A DNA stretch of 64,000 nucleotides from an uncultured virus (IMG/VR IMGVR_UViG_2634166398_000002) (Duplodnaviria; Heunggongvirae; Uroviricota; Caudoviricetes): the IMG/VR virus record IMGVR_UViG_2634166398_000002; one strand, 5' to 3'. Numbering within the stretch: the stretch's first letter is position 1; each line of letters begins with the position of its first letter. A program made the translations under genes and the position numbers. The notes beneath the pieces are model-generated. The model worked only from the letters and a program-made list of their open reading frames with translations. It searched no databases and was not told the origin of the DNA. Below, one piece after another: positions 9,321 through 18,486 of this stretch.

Positions 9321-9695
9321 CTATGAAACCCATAAAAATTTTTCATTGTTGCACCTTAAATCACCTAAAATGGTTACGGCATCGCCAATATCATACAAAC
9401 AATTAAGGTATTCGTTTAAAGCATCTGCCCAGCTATCAAAATCAAATTCAGTGGATTCTTCACCATCTTCAATTGACTGTTTGATCCATTCAAAATTCTC
9501 AACAACTATTTTAAAGTCATCTAGAAAAAATTCATCTAGAGCATTATTGTTTCCTTTTTCAATTCGTCGTTCTTCTTTCCTGAGTATGTATTTCAATTCA
9601 GGAAGCACATTTTTCGCAACCTCATGTACAGCATCGTTTGTTTCTTTGTTTGTAAGGTATTGCTTGATATTAATTTGATTTCTCCATTTTGGCAT
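9321..9695 (-). CDS. Hypothetical protein
   Basis: ORF track, RBS. Confidence 0.65.
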   Translation of the reverse strand: MPKWRNQINIKQYLTNKETNDAVHEVAKNVLPELKYILRKEERRIEKGNNNALDEFFLDDFKIVVENFEWIKQSIEDGEESTEFDFDSWADALNEYLNCLYDIGDAVTILGDLRCNNEKFLWVS

Positions 9696-9755
9696 TTCTA
9701 TATTCCCCTTTCATTTGTGGTTTTCACCCTCTACTTTTTAAAAGTACGATTTTAT

Positions 9756-10196
9756 CTATACATGGCTTTTCAGTTGCTGTAACGTTTGTCTTGCTTTTTC
9801 TAAATAAGCATCGTCATTAAAGATTCTATACAAAGTCATATAATCGTTATGTTCATCAAGAATTTGGTCTACTGTTCTTGTCTCTTTGAAAATGTATTCC
9901 TTTTCAGTAGCTTTTTCTGTTTCTGCTTTTTTGGATACATCGCTGCTCTTTTGTTCAATTTCCCCTGATTGCTCTAAAAGCTGAACAATGTCCATGCCAA
10001 CTTTGTAATTTCTTTTGCCAAATTGGATAGTGGCCTCGCTCCAAAACATTTGATAATCAACCAGTACCCCTTGAGATCCTTTTTTCTTTAAAACTCTATC
10101 CCCAGAAATTGTGGTGTGATTTTCTGTTAAGATAACTGCACTTCCAATTAGGTTATGAAGTTCTTTTTGAGACAATTTTTTAAGTGTTGTTTTCAT
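9756..10196 (-). CDS. Hypothetical protein (N-terminal part resembles 8060..8533)
   Basis: Shared KKGSQGxL...I.FG.R..KV motif. Confidence 0.65.
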   Translation of the reverse strand: MKTTLKKLSQKELHNLIGSAVILTENHTTISGDRVLKKKGSQGVLVDYQMFWSEATIQFGKRNYKVGMDIVQLLEQSGEIEQKSSDVSKKAETEKATEKEYIFKETRTVDQILDEHNDYMTLYRIFNDDAYLEKARQTLQQLKSHV

Positions 10197-10287
10197 TTTA
10201 AATATCTCCTTTTATATTGCCGTATTTATTTTCCTTAACTTGTAACTTTAGTATAACATGATCCCTAAAACGGATCAATGGTTTTTT

Positions 10288-10503
10288 CTAAATATTTTCA
10301 TCTTTTTTAAATTCCATTAGTTCATTAATTGGAACGTCGAAATAGGAGCACACTTTTTCAATAAGATCTGTTGGAACCCGCTTTATTTCACCCAGCCACA
10401 TCAACCGAACACTTTTATAATCGTGTTCGAGAATCCTAGATAGTTCCCTTATACCGCTTATTCCTTTTTCTTCAGCTAGTTGCTTTAATTTGAATTCAAT
10501 CAT
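10288..10503 (-). CDS. Cro/C1-type HTH regulator
   Basis: GIRELSRIL...IEKVCSYFDVPINELM. Confidence 0.8.
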   Translation of the reverse strand: MIEFKLKQLAEEKGISGIRELSRILEHDYKSVRLMWLGEIKRVPTDLIEKVCSYFDVPINELMEFKKDENI

Positions 10504-10560
10504 TTTAGAATCTCCCTTTATATTTTAATTGGAATGTTTAAGACGACACTCTAGAAACAT

Positions 10561-10773
10561 TTAAGCATTTTGATCTCTTTTGTATGTTAGTAGCTCATGC
10601 AACTCAATATTTAAATATGTACAGACTTTATCTAAAAGGTCTCTTGGGTACCGCTCCATTTCATCGTGATAAAGCTTCCTAACTGTGTTAAAACCATGGT
10701 CAATATCATTGGACAGCTTTCGAATACTGATATTCCTTTCGTCTAATATCGGCTTTAGATTTGATTTAATCAA
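10561..10773 (-). CDS. Cro/C1-type HTH regulator (paralog of previous gene)
   Basis: SIRKLSNDI...[19 protein letters not shown] start after GAGGT. Confidence 0.8.
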   Translation of the reverse strand: MIKSNLKPILDERNISIRKLSNDIDHGFNTVRKLYHDEMERYPRDLLDKVCTYLNIELHELLTYKRDQNA

Positions 10774-10866
10774 TTTAACTACCTCACATTCATTATGTAT
10801 GATCACTTTAAATTATCATCATATGCATAAAAAAGGTCAAGGATATACCTTGACTATGTATTAAGC

Positions 10867-11304
10867 TTACCAATCAAATGAATCTTCATGTTCAAATCCA
10901 TAAATACCTTTAATCCACACATCTCCGCAGCCTGGATTCTTTGTAATCTCTAACATATGATTACGATTAGCATCTCCCTCTACTCGATCTGTAGCAGTAT
11001 AGTCAGCATAGTTCCCCACGAACTGCTTCTCACTACGTGGAAATACCCAGCCAGCAAGAGTTATCCTACTGATTTTCATATTTAGAGTACACCCTTCTGC
11101 ATTGCTAATTGTGAATTTGTAGAAGAGCCAAGTGCGATCATAATTCCGATCAAAATAATCTGCCATTGAAAAACTCTCTGAATCCCCACTCATGTGAAAA
11201 TTCACATTTTTGTAGTCTAATGTAAGCTTCGCCTCAGCACTTGGTGTATTAAAACTCAATAAAAAACCAATGCAAATCACAACCAGAAAGATTAGCTTTT
11301 TCAT
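10867..11304 (-). CDS. Secreted protein, YoaW-like
   Basis: Signal peptide ending AEA; GCTLN...GCGDVWIKGIYGFEH resembles recalled B. subtilis YoaW. Confidence 0.6.
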   Translation of the reverse strand: MKKLIFLVVICIGFLLSFNTPSAEAKLTLDYKNVNFHMSGDSESFSMADYFDRNYDRTWLFYKFTISNAEGCTLNMKISRITLAGWVFPRSEKQFVGNYADYTATDRVEGDANRNHMLEITKNPGCGDVWIKGIYGFEHEDSFDW

Positions 11305-11608
11305 TCCCTCTCCCCCTTTTCCAAATTATACTATATTCGAAATAAAGGTGAAAGAACAGGTCGAAGCTTCGTGGTTTATCTGTATTCTTCATGATATAGC
11401 TAGATATACATGCATCTATGAATATCTACATGTATTTATAAGTATCTATACCTCCCTACACCAAACAAATATACCTTATTGAGAACAAAAATATTTATTT
11501 TAGTTCATTTTAAAGAACAATTCTTCCATTTTTATGATATAATCATCACTGCTTATAAGTAGCCTTACTGCTTATTCGCCATATGGTATAGGAAAGAGGT
11601 TCTTAAAA

Positions 11609-12700
11609 ATGAACGTAAAGCATTTTAATTGTTTCTTTGTTATCAGGCTGTTTGCTGCTCTGTGTGTGCTGGTTGGCCATGCTACAAGAGACTTAAACAT
11701 TTCTGTCTTAGGTTATACCCCAGAGAGTAAAGCATTGTTTCACACCGGCATATCAATCTTCTTTTTTCTAAGCGCATTTTTTCTTTTCACTTCTTATGAA
11801 AGATCCAGGGTTAAAGGAAATAATGTAACCGATTTTTATTGGAGCCGTATTATCAGGATCGCACCCGCAATTTACACCTATGCTATTGTCTCCACCATCC
11901 TGTTAATTGTTCTAGGAGCTCTTTCATTCTCAGTATTCACTGTTAAAGAGTACTGGATATGGCTTCTGAGCAATCTTCTGCTATACCCTCAATACTTCCC
12001 TGACATATTCCAACATATTGGCACAGGGCGCCTTAACGATTCACTTTGGACAATTCCTGTTCAGATTAGCTTTTACCTTGTGTTACCTGCAATTTATTGG
12101 TTTTATAAACGTTTCGGATTCCAAAAAATGATTCTTTGCTCTTTTGCTGCTACCGCTTTCAGTGTGTTAGTCTCTTTCATAATTTTAAAGTTCGCTCCTG
12201 GCAGTGTTTTCGGCAACCTGTACTTACATTCTTTCCTGCCGCAGATGTTTTATTTCACTTTAGGTATCTTCTGGGCTAAGGCATGGAGTAAGTCACCGCA
12301 GCACCTTGTTTTATTTTTGTCTTCGGTAATTTTATTTTTACTTATTAAGGCAGATCCCATGCATCTTAGTTCAATAAACAGTACACTATGGAACTTTTTA
12401 TGGTTTGTGCCGTTAAGCTATGCGATCGTTTGGTTCGGGTACAATGGGCCGAAAATATTTTGGCAACTGAACCGGTTAGATGATATCAGTATGGGGATTT
12501 TCATATGGCACATGGTGATTATCAACGTCTTCCTATACACCGGAATTAATAGTACATTGTCTGATTACCCGCTGATCATAGCTCTAATTGCTGTTACTGC
12601 TGCATCCGCATTTCTTTCGTACAGAATAGTGGAAAAACCCGCTCTTAAATTACGTAATATCAAGAAAAACAAACCAGTCAAAACAAGGATTGCGAGCTAA
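11609..12700 (+). CDS. Acyltransferase family 3 (OafA/OatA-like membrane O-acyltransferase)
   Basis: R-LFAALCVLVGH, FFFLSAF, RIIRIAP, SLWTI, EKP motifs; about 10 TM segments. Confidence 0.88.
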   Translation: MNVKHFNCFFVIRLFAALCVLVGHATRDLNISVLGYTPESKALFHTGISIFFFLSAFFLFTSYERSRVKGNNVTDFYWSRIIRIAPAIYTYAIVSTILLIVLGALSFSVFTVKEYWIWLLSNLLLYPQYFPDIFQHIGTGRLNDSLWTIPVQISFYLVLPAIYWFYKRFGFQKMILCSFAATAFSVLVSFIILKFAPGSVFGNLYLHSFLPQMFYFTLGIFWAKAWSKSPQHLVLFLSSVILFLLIKADPMHLSSINSTLWNFLWFVPLSYAIVWFGYNGPKIFWQLNRLDDISMGIFIWHMVIINVFLYTGINSTLSDYPLIIALIAVTAASAFLSYRIVEKPALKLRNIKKNKPVKTRIAS

Positions 12701-12789
12701 CTGCAAGGGCTGTTCTTATGTAGGCAGCCCGAATCCTGTTTAGCATGAAATGGTGTTTTAAATTAAATAGGCTTTGGAATACTAACGTT

Positions 12790-12900
12790 TCATCCAATAA
12801 CTTTGATATTTTCGCTTTCACATGATGGACAGTCTTCATCAAAGTCATCCCCGATCCATCTATACTCACACTCTTCACACTTGATTAGTAGCTTATCCAT
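12790..12900 (-). CDS. 36-aa Zn-ribbon protein (not in ORF track)
   Basis: MDKLLIKCEECEYRWIGDDFDEDCPSCESENIKVIG; AAGGGGA RBS. Confidence 0.6.
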   Translation of the reverse strand: MDKLLIKCEECEYRWIGDDFDEDCPSCESENIKVIG

Positions 12901-12914
12901 TTCACTTCCCCTTT

Positions 12915-13097
12915 TCATTCTGTTTCGTAAACAATAGATGACTTTTCATTTTCTTTTACCATCTGTGCCACAACAAAGCCTGTATTATTAAAAATTTCTC
13001 TATAATCTTTAGGATTATGAATGACATAATGCTTAAACCCAAGTTTGTTTGCTCTCTCATTTGCAAGATTGATTGCAAAATCTTTGCTATATCCCAT
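12915..13097 (-). CDS. Hypothetical protein
   Basis: ORF track; GGGAG RBS. Confidence 0.6.
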   Translation of the reverse strand: MGYSKDFAINLANERANKLGFKHYVIHNPKDYREIFNNTGFVVAQMVKENEKSSIVYETE

Positions 13098-13122
13098 TAC
13101 AATCGCTCCCTAAAAACATACT

Positions 13123-13287
13123 CTATTTAATCTCGGCTTCAATTTGTATAAACTCTCCCAGTGGCTCAACACATGCTACTTCGTACATGCAGTCGTCATA
13201 TGTATTGAGTAGAACCTGTGTTTCCTCTGTTATTTGCCCTTTGTCCATCATCTCTTGCAATGAATCAATCAATTGTTTAACCTTCAT
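13123..13287 (-). CDS. 54-aa hypothetical protein (not in ORF track)
   Basis: MKVKQLIDSLQEMMDKGQ...EAEIK*. Confidence 0.55.
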   Translation of the reverse strand: MKVKQLIDSLQEMMDKGQITEETQVLLNTYDDCMYEVACVEPLGEFIQIEAEIK

Positions 13288-13325
13288 GGCTATTGTATTT
13301 CCCCTCTCTTTTGCTACTCAGTTGC

Positions 13326-13652
13326 CTAACTAATTAATGGCTTAATTTCTTTTACATATTCAAAAAACTGCTGTTGACCTTCAAGAATGCCAAACAATTC
13401 ATGCCTACCAGTAAAGACCCATTGAGGTGACTCCCCATTTGTCTGTATCTCTACAGTAAAGCTTACTCCTTTTGTATTAATCTCTTCATCTTCCTCGAGT
13501 TCATAATGATGTTCAATTAATCTTTTCAATGTTTGACCGTCTTTTATTTCCTTAGAATAAAATGTCAATCCCTGATCTTCATATTCCTTTAGTTTAAAGC
13601 CGTTGTCCAGTAAGAATTGAAGGATTTTTTCATTTAATCTTGATTTTGTCAT
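13326..13652 (-). CDS. Hypothetical protein
   Basis: GAGGAG RBS. Confidence 0.65.
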   Translation of the reverse strand: MTKSRLNEKILQFLLDNGFKLKEYEDQGLTFYSKEIKDGQTLKRLIEHHYELEEDEEINTKGVSFTVEIQTNGESPQWVFTGRHELFGILEGQQQFFEYVKEIKPLIS

Positions 13653-13683
13653 GCTTTATTCTCCTCTCTTTAAAACTGCTGTT

Positions 13684-13857
13684 TCATTCAGGCTTCAAGG
13701 TATTCACAAGCTTTTCTTTACAATCATCACATACATTTACAATACTTGTTGCATACGGCACATATAAGCTATATACACCCTTTATTCTTCTGTGTCCGCA
13801 TCCATCACAATAATCGGTTTCTTCTGATTTATATACATTGATTTTATCTCTATCCAA
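13684..13857 (-). CDS. Small Zn-finger protein
   Basis: CDGC...CDDC. Confidence 0.55.
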   Translation of the reverse strand: MDRDKINVYKSEETDYCDGCGHRRIKGVYSLYVPYATSIVNVCDDCKEKLVNTLKPE

Positions 13858-13870
13858 GCCGCACCCTCCC

Positions 13871-14107
13871 TTAATCATCTATCCCATCGTATAAATGGTT
13901 TTCGTCAAGGGCTTCAAGATACTCTAAAAATTCCTGCCATTGGTCTGTCCCATTCTCTATACAATCAATCAATTGATCTTGTGCAAAATCACCGTTTATA
14001 TTGTTTGCTTTCATCCAGTCTCTTATTTTATTAGAGGACTCTATCGCATGTTTATAATAATAACTACTATGTACTATGGCTCTCTTTATATTGTCAGGAA
14101 CATGCAT
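13871..14107 (-). CDS. Hypothetical protein
   Basis: ORF track; translationally coupled to upstream gene. Confidence 0.6.
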   Translation of the reverse strand: MHVPDNIKRAIVHSSYYYKHAIESSNKIRDWMKANNINGDFAQDQLIDCIENGTDQWQEFLEYLEALDENHLYDGIDD

Positions 14108-14490
14108 TACTCCGCACCCTCCTTCATATTAATCAACATTTGATATGTGGTGTTAATAACCGCATCTATAAGCCGTTTTTCGGCTGAGCTGAGGCAATCA
14201 CCTTTATAGTTATTTATTTCAAATTGATAAAGTTTTGTATCAGTATCATAACTGAAACCAAAAGTTTTGAATCTTTCATCAGATTCCATCGCTTGAAAAA
14301 TATCTTCAAGAAAGTCCTTGCTTATCCATATATCGCTGATGGAGCGATAGTACTCCCCTTCAAAATCGTATAACCTCGTGTATGATCGGTTTCCTTTGCT
14401 TGTATATGGGCGCTTTCTCATTAAATCAGTGACGATTAACTGCTGTTTCTTATTTAACTTTCTCCACTGATCATCCCTTTTATCTTCCAT
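14107..14490 (-). CDS. Hypothetical protein
   Basis: GGAGGGG RBS before ATG 14490. Confidence 0.6.
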   Translation of the reverse strand: MEDKRDDQWRKLNKKQQLIVTDLMRKRPYTSKGNRSYTRLYDFEGEYYRSISDIWISKDFLEDIFQAMESDERFKTFGFSYDTDTKLYQFEINNYKGDCLSSAEKRLIDAVINTTYQMLINMKEGAE

Positions 14491-14545
14491 AAAAACCCCT
14501 CCATATGTATAAAATTGTTGTTTTATTAAAAAATTATCTCTGAGC

Positions 14546-14818
14546 TTAGATTTTGTTGACGGGTAATAATTCAAGCTCCTTATCAGTAGCAGAATTGTCA
14601 TTTTGTTCTACGATAATCCAGCCTTCTCCAAAGTTATCATTAGTCCCTAATCTTTTCGAAACTTGATCAATGTCAAGCCCAAGTTCAGTTTGTATTTTTG
14701 CCTTTGCAAGTTTAATTATATCCTCTTCTTCAACACCATCATTTGTTGTTAATAAAGTTGTATGTATTGTTGTTAATGGCTTCAATAAGAAAAAAACAGT
14801 CCAGCTATCCACATTCAT
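14546..14818 (-). CDS. Hypothetical protein
   Basis: GGAGAGGA RBS. Confidence 0.6.
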   Translation of the reverse strand: MNVDSWTVFFLLKPLTTIHTTLLTTNDGVEEEDIIKLAKAKIQTELGLDIDQVSKRLGTNDNFGEGWIIVEQNDNSATDKELELLPVNKI

Positions 14819-14867
14819 TTCACAATCCTCTCCATTCTGTTTAAATTGCTATTTTATTCATATTTCT

Positions 14868-15122
14868 TTAAGGTAATAAAGCTACACTTTCACCTGTTTG
14901 TATAAAGTATGCACGTTGTAAAAATGTTACAGTGTGGTCATATTTACCTTCCATGTATTCTTTTGCTCCCTTCTTCCTCCATGCGAAATACGATTCACGA
15001 TCATTCACATAAACTTTTCCACTTTTAACTTCTTCAATACAAGCTATGGCATTATCAGCAAACCATTTTCTTGTTTTTTGAACTGATTCTTCTGTTAGTT
15101 GTACCCCATTAAATTTTGTCAT
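14868..15122 (-). CDS. Hypothetical protein
   Basis: ORF track; first gene of the array. Confidence 0.6.
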   Translation of the reverse strand: MTKFNGVQLTEESVQKTRKWFADNAIACIEEVKSGKVYVNDRESYFAWRKKGAKEYMEGKYDHTVTFLQRAYFIQTGESVALLP

Positions 15123-15213
15123 ACTATCACTACCATTCTGTTTAAAATATGCATTTTATTTTATTTTTACCCTTAAAATATGTATGCTTTCGCTGTTGTT
15201 TTAACTTGATTTA

Positions 15214-15242
15214 AGTATATCATGACTATTTTAAATAATCAA
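15214..15242 (-). promoter_or_regulatory. SigA promoter driving the small-ORF array
   Basis: TTGATT-17 bp-TATACT. Confidence 0.65.
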
Positions 15243-15452
15243 TACTTATTTTATTTTTATTCTAAAAAAGAAAAACATATTATCGAGGTTCAGCTTGCTG
15301 AAACGAGACGGCCGTAAAGGCACTTTCTTTACGGACGAATTTATTATTTTTTATTTAATTATTACCCCTCTTCCCCTTTAAGGGACACACCCCTCAAACC
15401 CTTGGGACAGTTGACTTTTTTTTATGATTTATTGCTTTATTTGCAATAAGGG

Positions 15453-16685
15453 TTATAAATCATTATTTAACCAATCAATAAACATTAACCTCATTCTTCT
15501 TGATGGAATGTAAATTGAAATCGAATCATTATTTCTTATGCTGCTTCTCCATATCCATTGAATCATTTCTGAAAGGGCAAAATAAGTCTCATCAACTTTA
15601 ACACCCTTAGAGCTAAAATATTCAACTAATAATGGATTACAATAACGGTTAATAGCATAAACCAGTGTATTTTTATGACTATGTTCATTTGTAGACCGGA
15701 TATTACATGGTATGAACCCCTTAGTATATCCCTTGCCTGAAAGCCTTGGTTTATAATCAATAAACGTTGTCCACATATTAAAGTTTGATTTAGACTTACA
15801 TATGTTCTGAAAGTAATTCAGGATATTATTCTGCAGTCGTTTATGTAAAACCCTCTTATTTCTGTACCATCCTTTTGATAAGGAGTACTGTTCTTCACCG
15901 ATTTTATTAAGATCACCATCATATATATTTATATTGATTTTAATTTTATTCTTGATATGCTTGTCTGCTGCTGAATCATAAGGCACACACTTATATTTTC
16001 CCTTATCTTTTTTAATCATATATTTCTCATATGAAATATTGTTTAAATCATAATAATACTTCTGTAACTGTCCATCGAACAGATAAGTTAAGTTGTATAC
16101 CTCTTTAAACAATTTGAATATGTCAGCAGGAAAGTTCCAGAGTATGACTGAATCATTATGTAATATTAAATTGTTATTTAATGCAAGCTGTTTCAAGTGT
16201 TTAAACTCTCCATCATATTCCCTTTGCATATTCTTTTCTTGTTCCATGTTCCAGATTATTCGGTCGCCTCTGTTTATTATCCAGTTATTTTTAAATAACA
16301 TATCCAGGTCATCTGCAGATATGTTTAACTGCTTTACAACCTCTATTGCTTCATCCAGTATCAAAGTATAATTACCTGAATAGATGAGTTCTTTTGTTGT
16401 CTCATTTGCCATCTTAAAGAGTGCGTGTGTAGTTGCTATATTCTTATTATCTGAAAGGTGCTTATGTAACGAATCCAGTTTATAAAATGTTTCTCCGTTA
16501 ACGCTGTGTATCTTAGGTTCAATAAACTTCTTTTCTGGACACGCTTCCTTTATCCTCTTTACCTCATCAAGATAAGGTGTAATAAAAATAAACTTATCAT
16601 CTTTGGGTGCTTCATTCATCTTTTGAATCATGTAACTCGTCTTACCCGAACCCATTATAGAATCAATTATTTTAATTTTATTCAT
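15453..16685 (-). CDS. yonV: YonV-like P-loop (helicase-like) protein
   Basis: MGSGKTS Walker A, LILDEA Walker B, QWIWRSSIR; 410 aa. Confidence 0.75.
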   Translation of the reverse strand: MNKIKIIDSIMGSGKTSYMIQKMNEAPKDDKFIFITPYLDEVKRIKEACPEKKFIEPKIHSVNGETFYKLDSLHKHLSDNKNIATTHALFKMANETTKELIYSGNYTLILDEAIEVVKQLNISADDLDMLFKNNWIINRGDRIIWNMEQEKNMQREYDGEFKHLKQLALNNNLILHNDSVILWNFPADIFKLFKEVYNLTYLFDGQLQKYYYDLNNISYEKYMIKKDKGKYKCVPYDSAADKHIKNKIKININIYDGDLNKIGEEQYSLSKGWYRNKRVLHKRLQNNILNYFQNICKSKSNFNMWTTFIDYKPRLSGKGYTKGFIPCNIRSTNEHSHKNTLVYAINRYCNPLLVEYFSSKGVKVDETYFALSEMIQWIWRSSIRNNDSISIYIPSRRMRLMFIDWLNNDL

Positions 16686-16765
16686 AATAAGTATAGACTT
16701 CCCCCTTTAATATTAAAAATAAAGGAACGGATAAATGTTTTACCGCTCCTTCTCATGTATGAAAT

Positions 16766-17014
16766 TCAATTGTTGATTCTTTCTTCAAGATCATGAATAC
16801 ATCTTTCAAGTCCAGAGAATTTCTTATCATTGTATCGGTGGTCACTTTCAATATTCTTGTTAATAATCTTAAGCATGGATACAACCTCTTCAGGTTCATT
16901 TTCTTCGATTCGTTTAACCGTTTCTTTAATATCCTTAACGTCCTGCTTAATTGTGTTAATATCCTTGGAAAGTTGCTGTATCGCTTCAAGGATCTGATTT
17001 TCCATTCCGCTCAC
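16766..17014 (-). CDS. Coiled-coil protein, YonU position
   Basis: Heptad pattern; third gene after yonT. Confidence 0.55.
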   Translation of the reverse strand: MSGMENQILEAIQQLSKDINTIKQDVKDIKETVKRIEENEPEEVVSMLKIINKNIESDHRYNDKKFSGLERCIHDLEERINN

Positions 17015-17041
17015 CTCTAATAAGCTTAGTATAGCATGATG

Positions 17042-17260
17042 TCAGTTAGATTTGTTTACCTTCTTTTGGCGTATAACAAAGTAAGCGATCCATAACAAAA
17101 TGATAATGATACACGTTACTATGAAGATAGCCGTAATAAGCGACTGTATTCCGCTGCTGAAGTAATCTTTGATGAAGAGGAACAATAAGAATAAAACAAC
17201 AAATGTTATGTTCGTAAACCATAATGAGAATCGTTTCATGTTTACAATGTGCTTGTCCAT
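17042..17260 (-). CDS. yoyJ: YoyJ-like small membrane protein
   Basis: Two TM helices; directly downstream of yonT. Confidence 0.55.
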   Translation of the reverse strand: MDKHIVNMKRFSLWFTNITFVVLFLLFLFIKDYFSSGIQSLITAIFIVTCIIIILLWIAYFVIRQKKVNKSN

Positions 17261-17274
17261 GTTATAATATGGGT

Positions 17275-17375
17275 AGTGACTAAAGGGGAATTAATCCCCT
17301 TTAGCGTGTTATCTGCGTATACGTTTGCGTTGTCTCTTGCTACGGAGGCGCTTGCGTGTACGCTTTTTCTTTTTG
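17275..17375 (+). ncRNA. SR6-like antisense antitoxin RNA
   Basis: TTTACA-16 bp-TATAAT promoter with TG extension (17241-17268), CTAAAGGGGA/TCCCCTTTAG hairpin, GCGTATACG/CGTGTACGC terminator plus U-run; antisense to the yonT 3' end. Confidence 0.7.
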
Positions 17376-17488
17376 CTTTCTTTATTCTTCATCAGGTTTT
17401 GAATCTTCTCAGCTATCGTTAAACAGTTGATGATTAAAACCGTGATAGGAATAAGGAAAGCAATTGTTATACCCACTTTCTCAAGCAC
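17309..17488 (-). CDS. yonT: YonT type I toxin
   Basis: AAGGAGGTG RBS; MLEKVGITIAFLIP...TM helix plus KKKKRTRKRLRSKRQRKRIRR tail. Confidence 0.88.
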   Translation of the reverse strand: MLEKVGITIAFLIPITVLIINCLTIAEKIQNLMKNKESKKKKRTRKRLRSKRQRKRIRR

Positions 17489-18486
17489 TATGTACACCTC
17501 CTTTCCTATAACTCTATTATAGCACATTTTCCCTTAAAAGTCATTTTATTTTTACTCTTAAAATGGATTTTTTTAAATTATTTTGGCACTATTATTCATG
17601 TGTGTATAGGCTGTATAAGGCGTGTATGTGGATTGGATACCAATGATACTATGATCAAATTAAAATTGATTCTAGGTGTATTAGAATGCTTCTGATGATG
17701 TGTGGTTAGTGTGTTATGGGATGGATATATGATGATGTGTGGTGAATGGAAATGTGATTTAGGTAAGATGAGGATAGGAAATGGTGGATGTAATGAGATG
17801 AAGGATGAGAAGGAATATTTTTAGAGTGAATATAAAATAGGTTTGTGGATAGTATAGGTTAAATAAAAAATTGTATAGATAACACTTCGATTCATTCCCT
17901 CTCGTTATACACACGATTATTTTTTATGAATGGTTATTCACTTTTAATTCGACCGCTTAATTATTTTTTTAAAATAAATATTGTTTTTCATATGAAATTG
18001 TGTTAGCTGTGCAAATTTATCAGCCAAATCATAAAAACCCTACATAACGTATCTTATATAGGGAATTTAATACCAATATATAGGGGGTATATTAACATCT
18101 AAAGGCCAAAAAATAGGAACAAATGTACCCCTAGCACTTCCATTTCCACACCAAACTTATTTTTTCACTTTTCCATTTTTCAACCTATTTTTGCATCGTG
18201 ATCGCTATCGTAAAAGCCTATAATATCAAAGTTTTTCCACCCCTCATTCTCACCTTTTTCATTGGATTTTTAACTCAACGACCACTTTTCCTCTCTCCTG
18301 TCTACGTTTTACGATCACAAAACACCTATTATCCCCTTTGACAGCTCTAAAACATTGCTATATCAACTAGATAACCCTTTCCGATCTTCATTTACGATAA
18401 GCACTTTTTCAACTCACGATCACCAAAAGGGGGGTCAATAAACTCAAAATAAAAAAGCCACCTTAGTAGGCAGCTTCCCTTTAAAA

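Noticed and set aside
12678..12878. Track ORF of 66 aa
   Set aside because: The overlapping 36-aa Zn-ribbon ORF (12790..12900) has the RBS and a coherent motif
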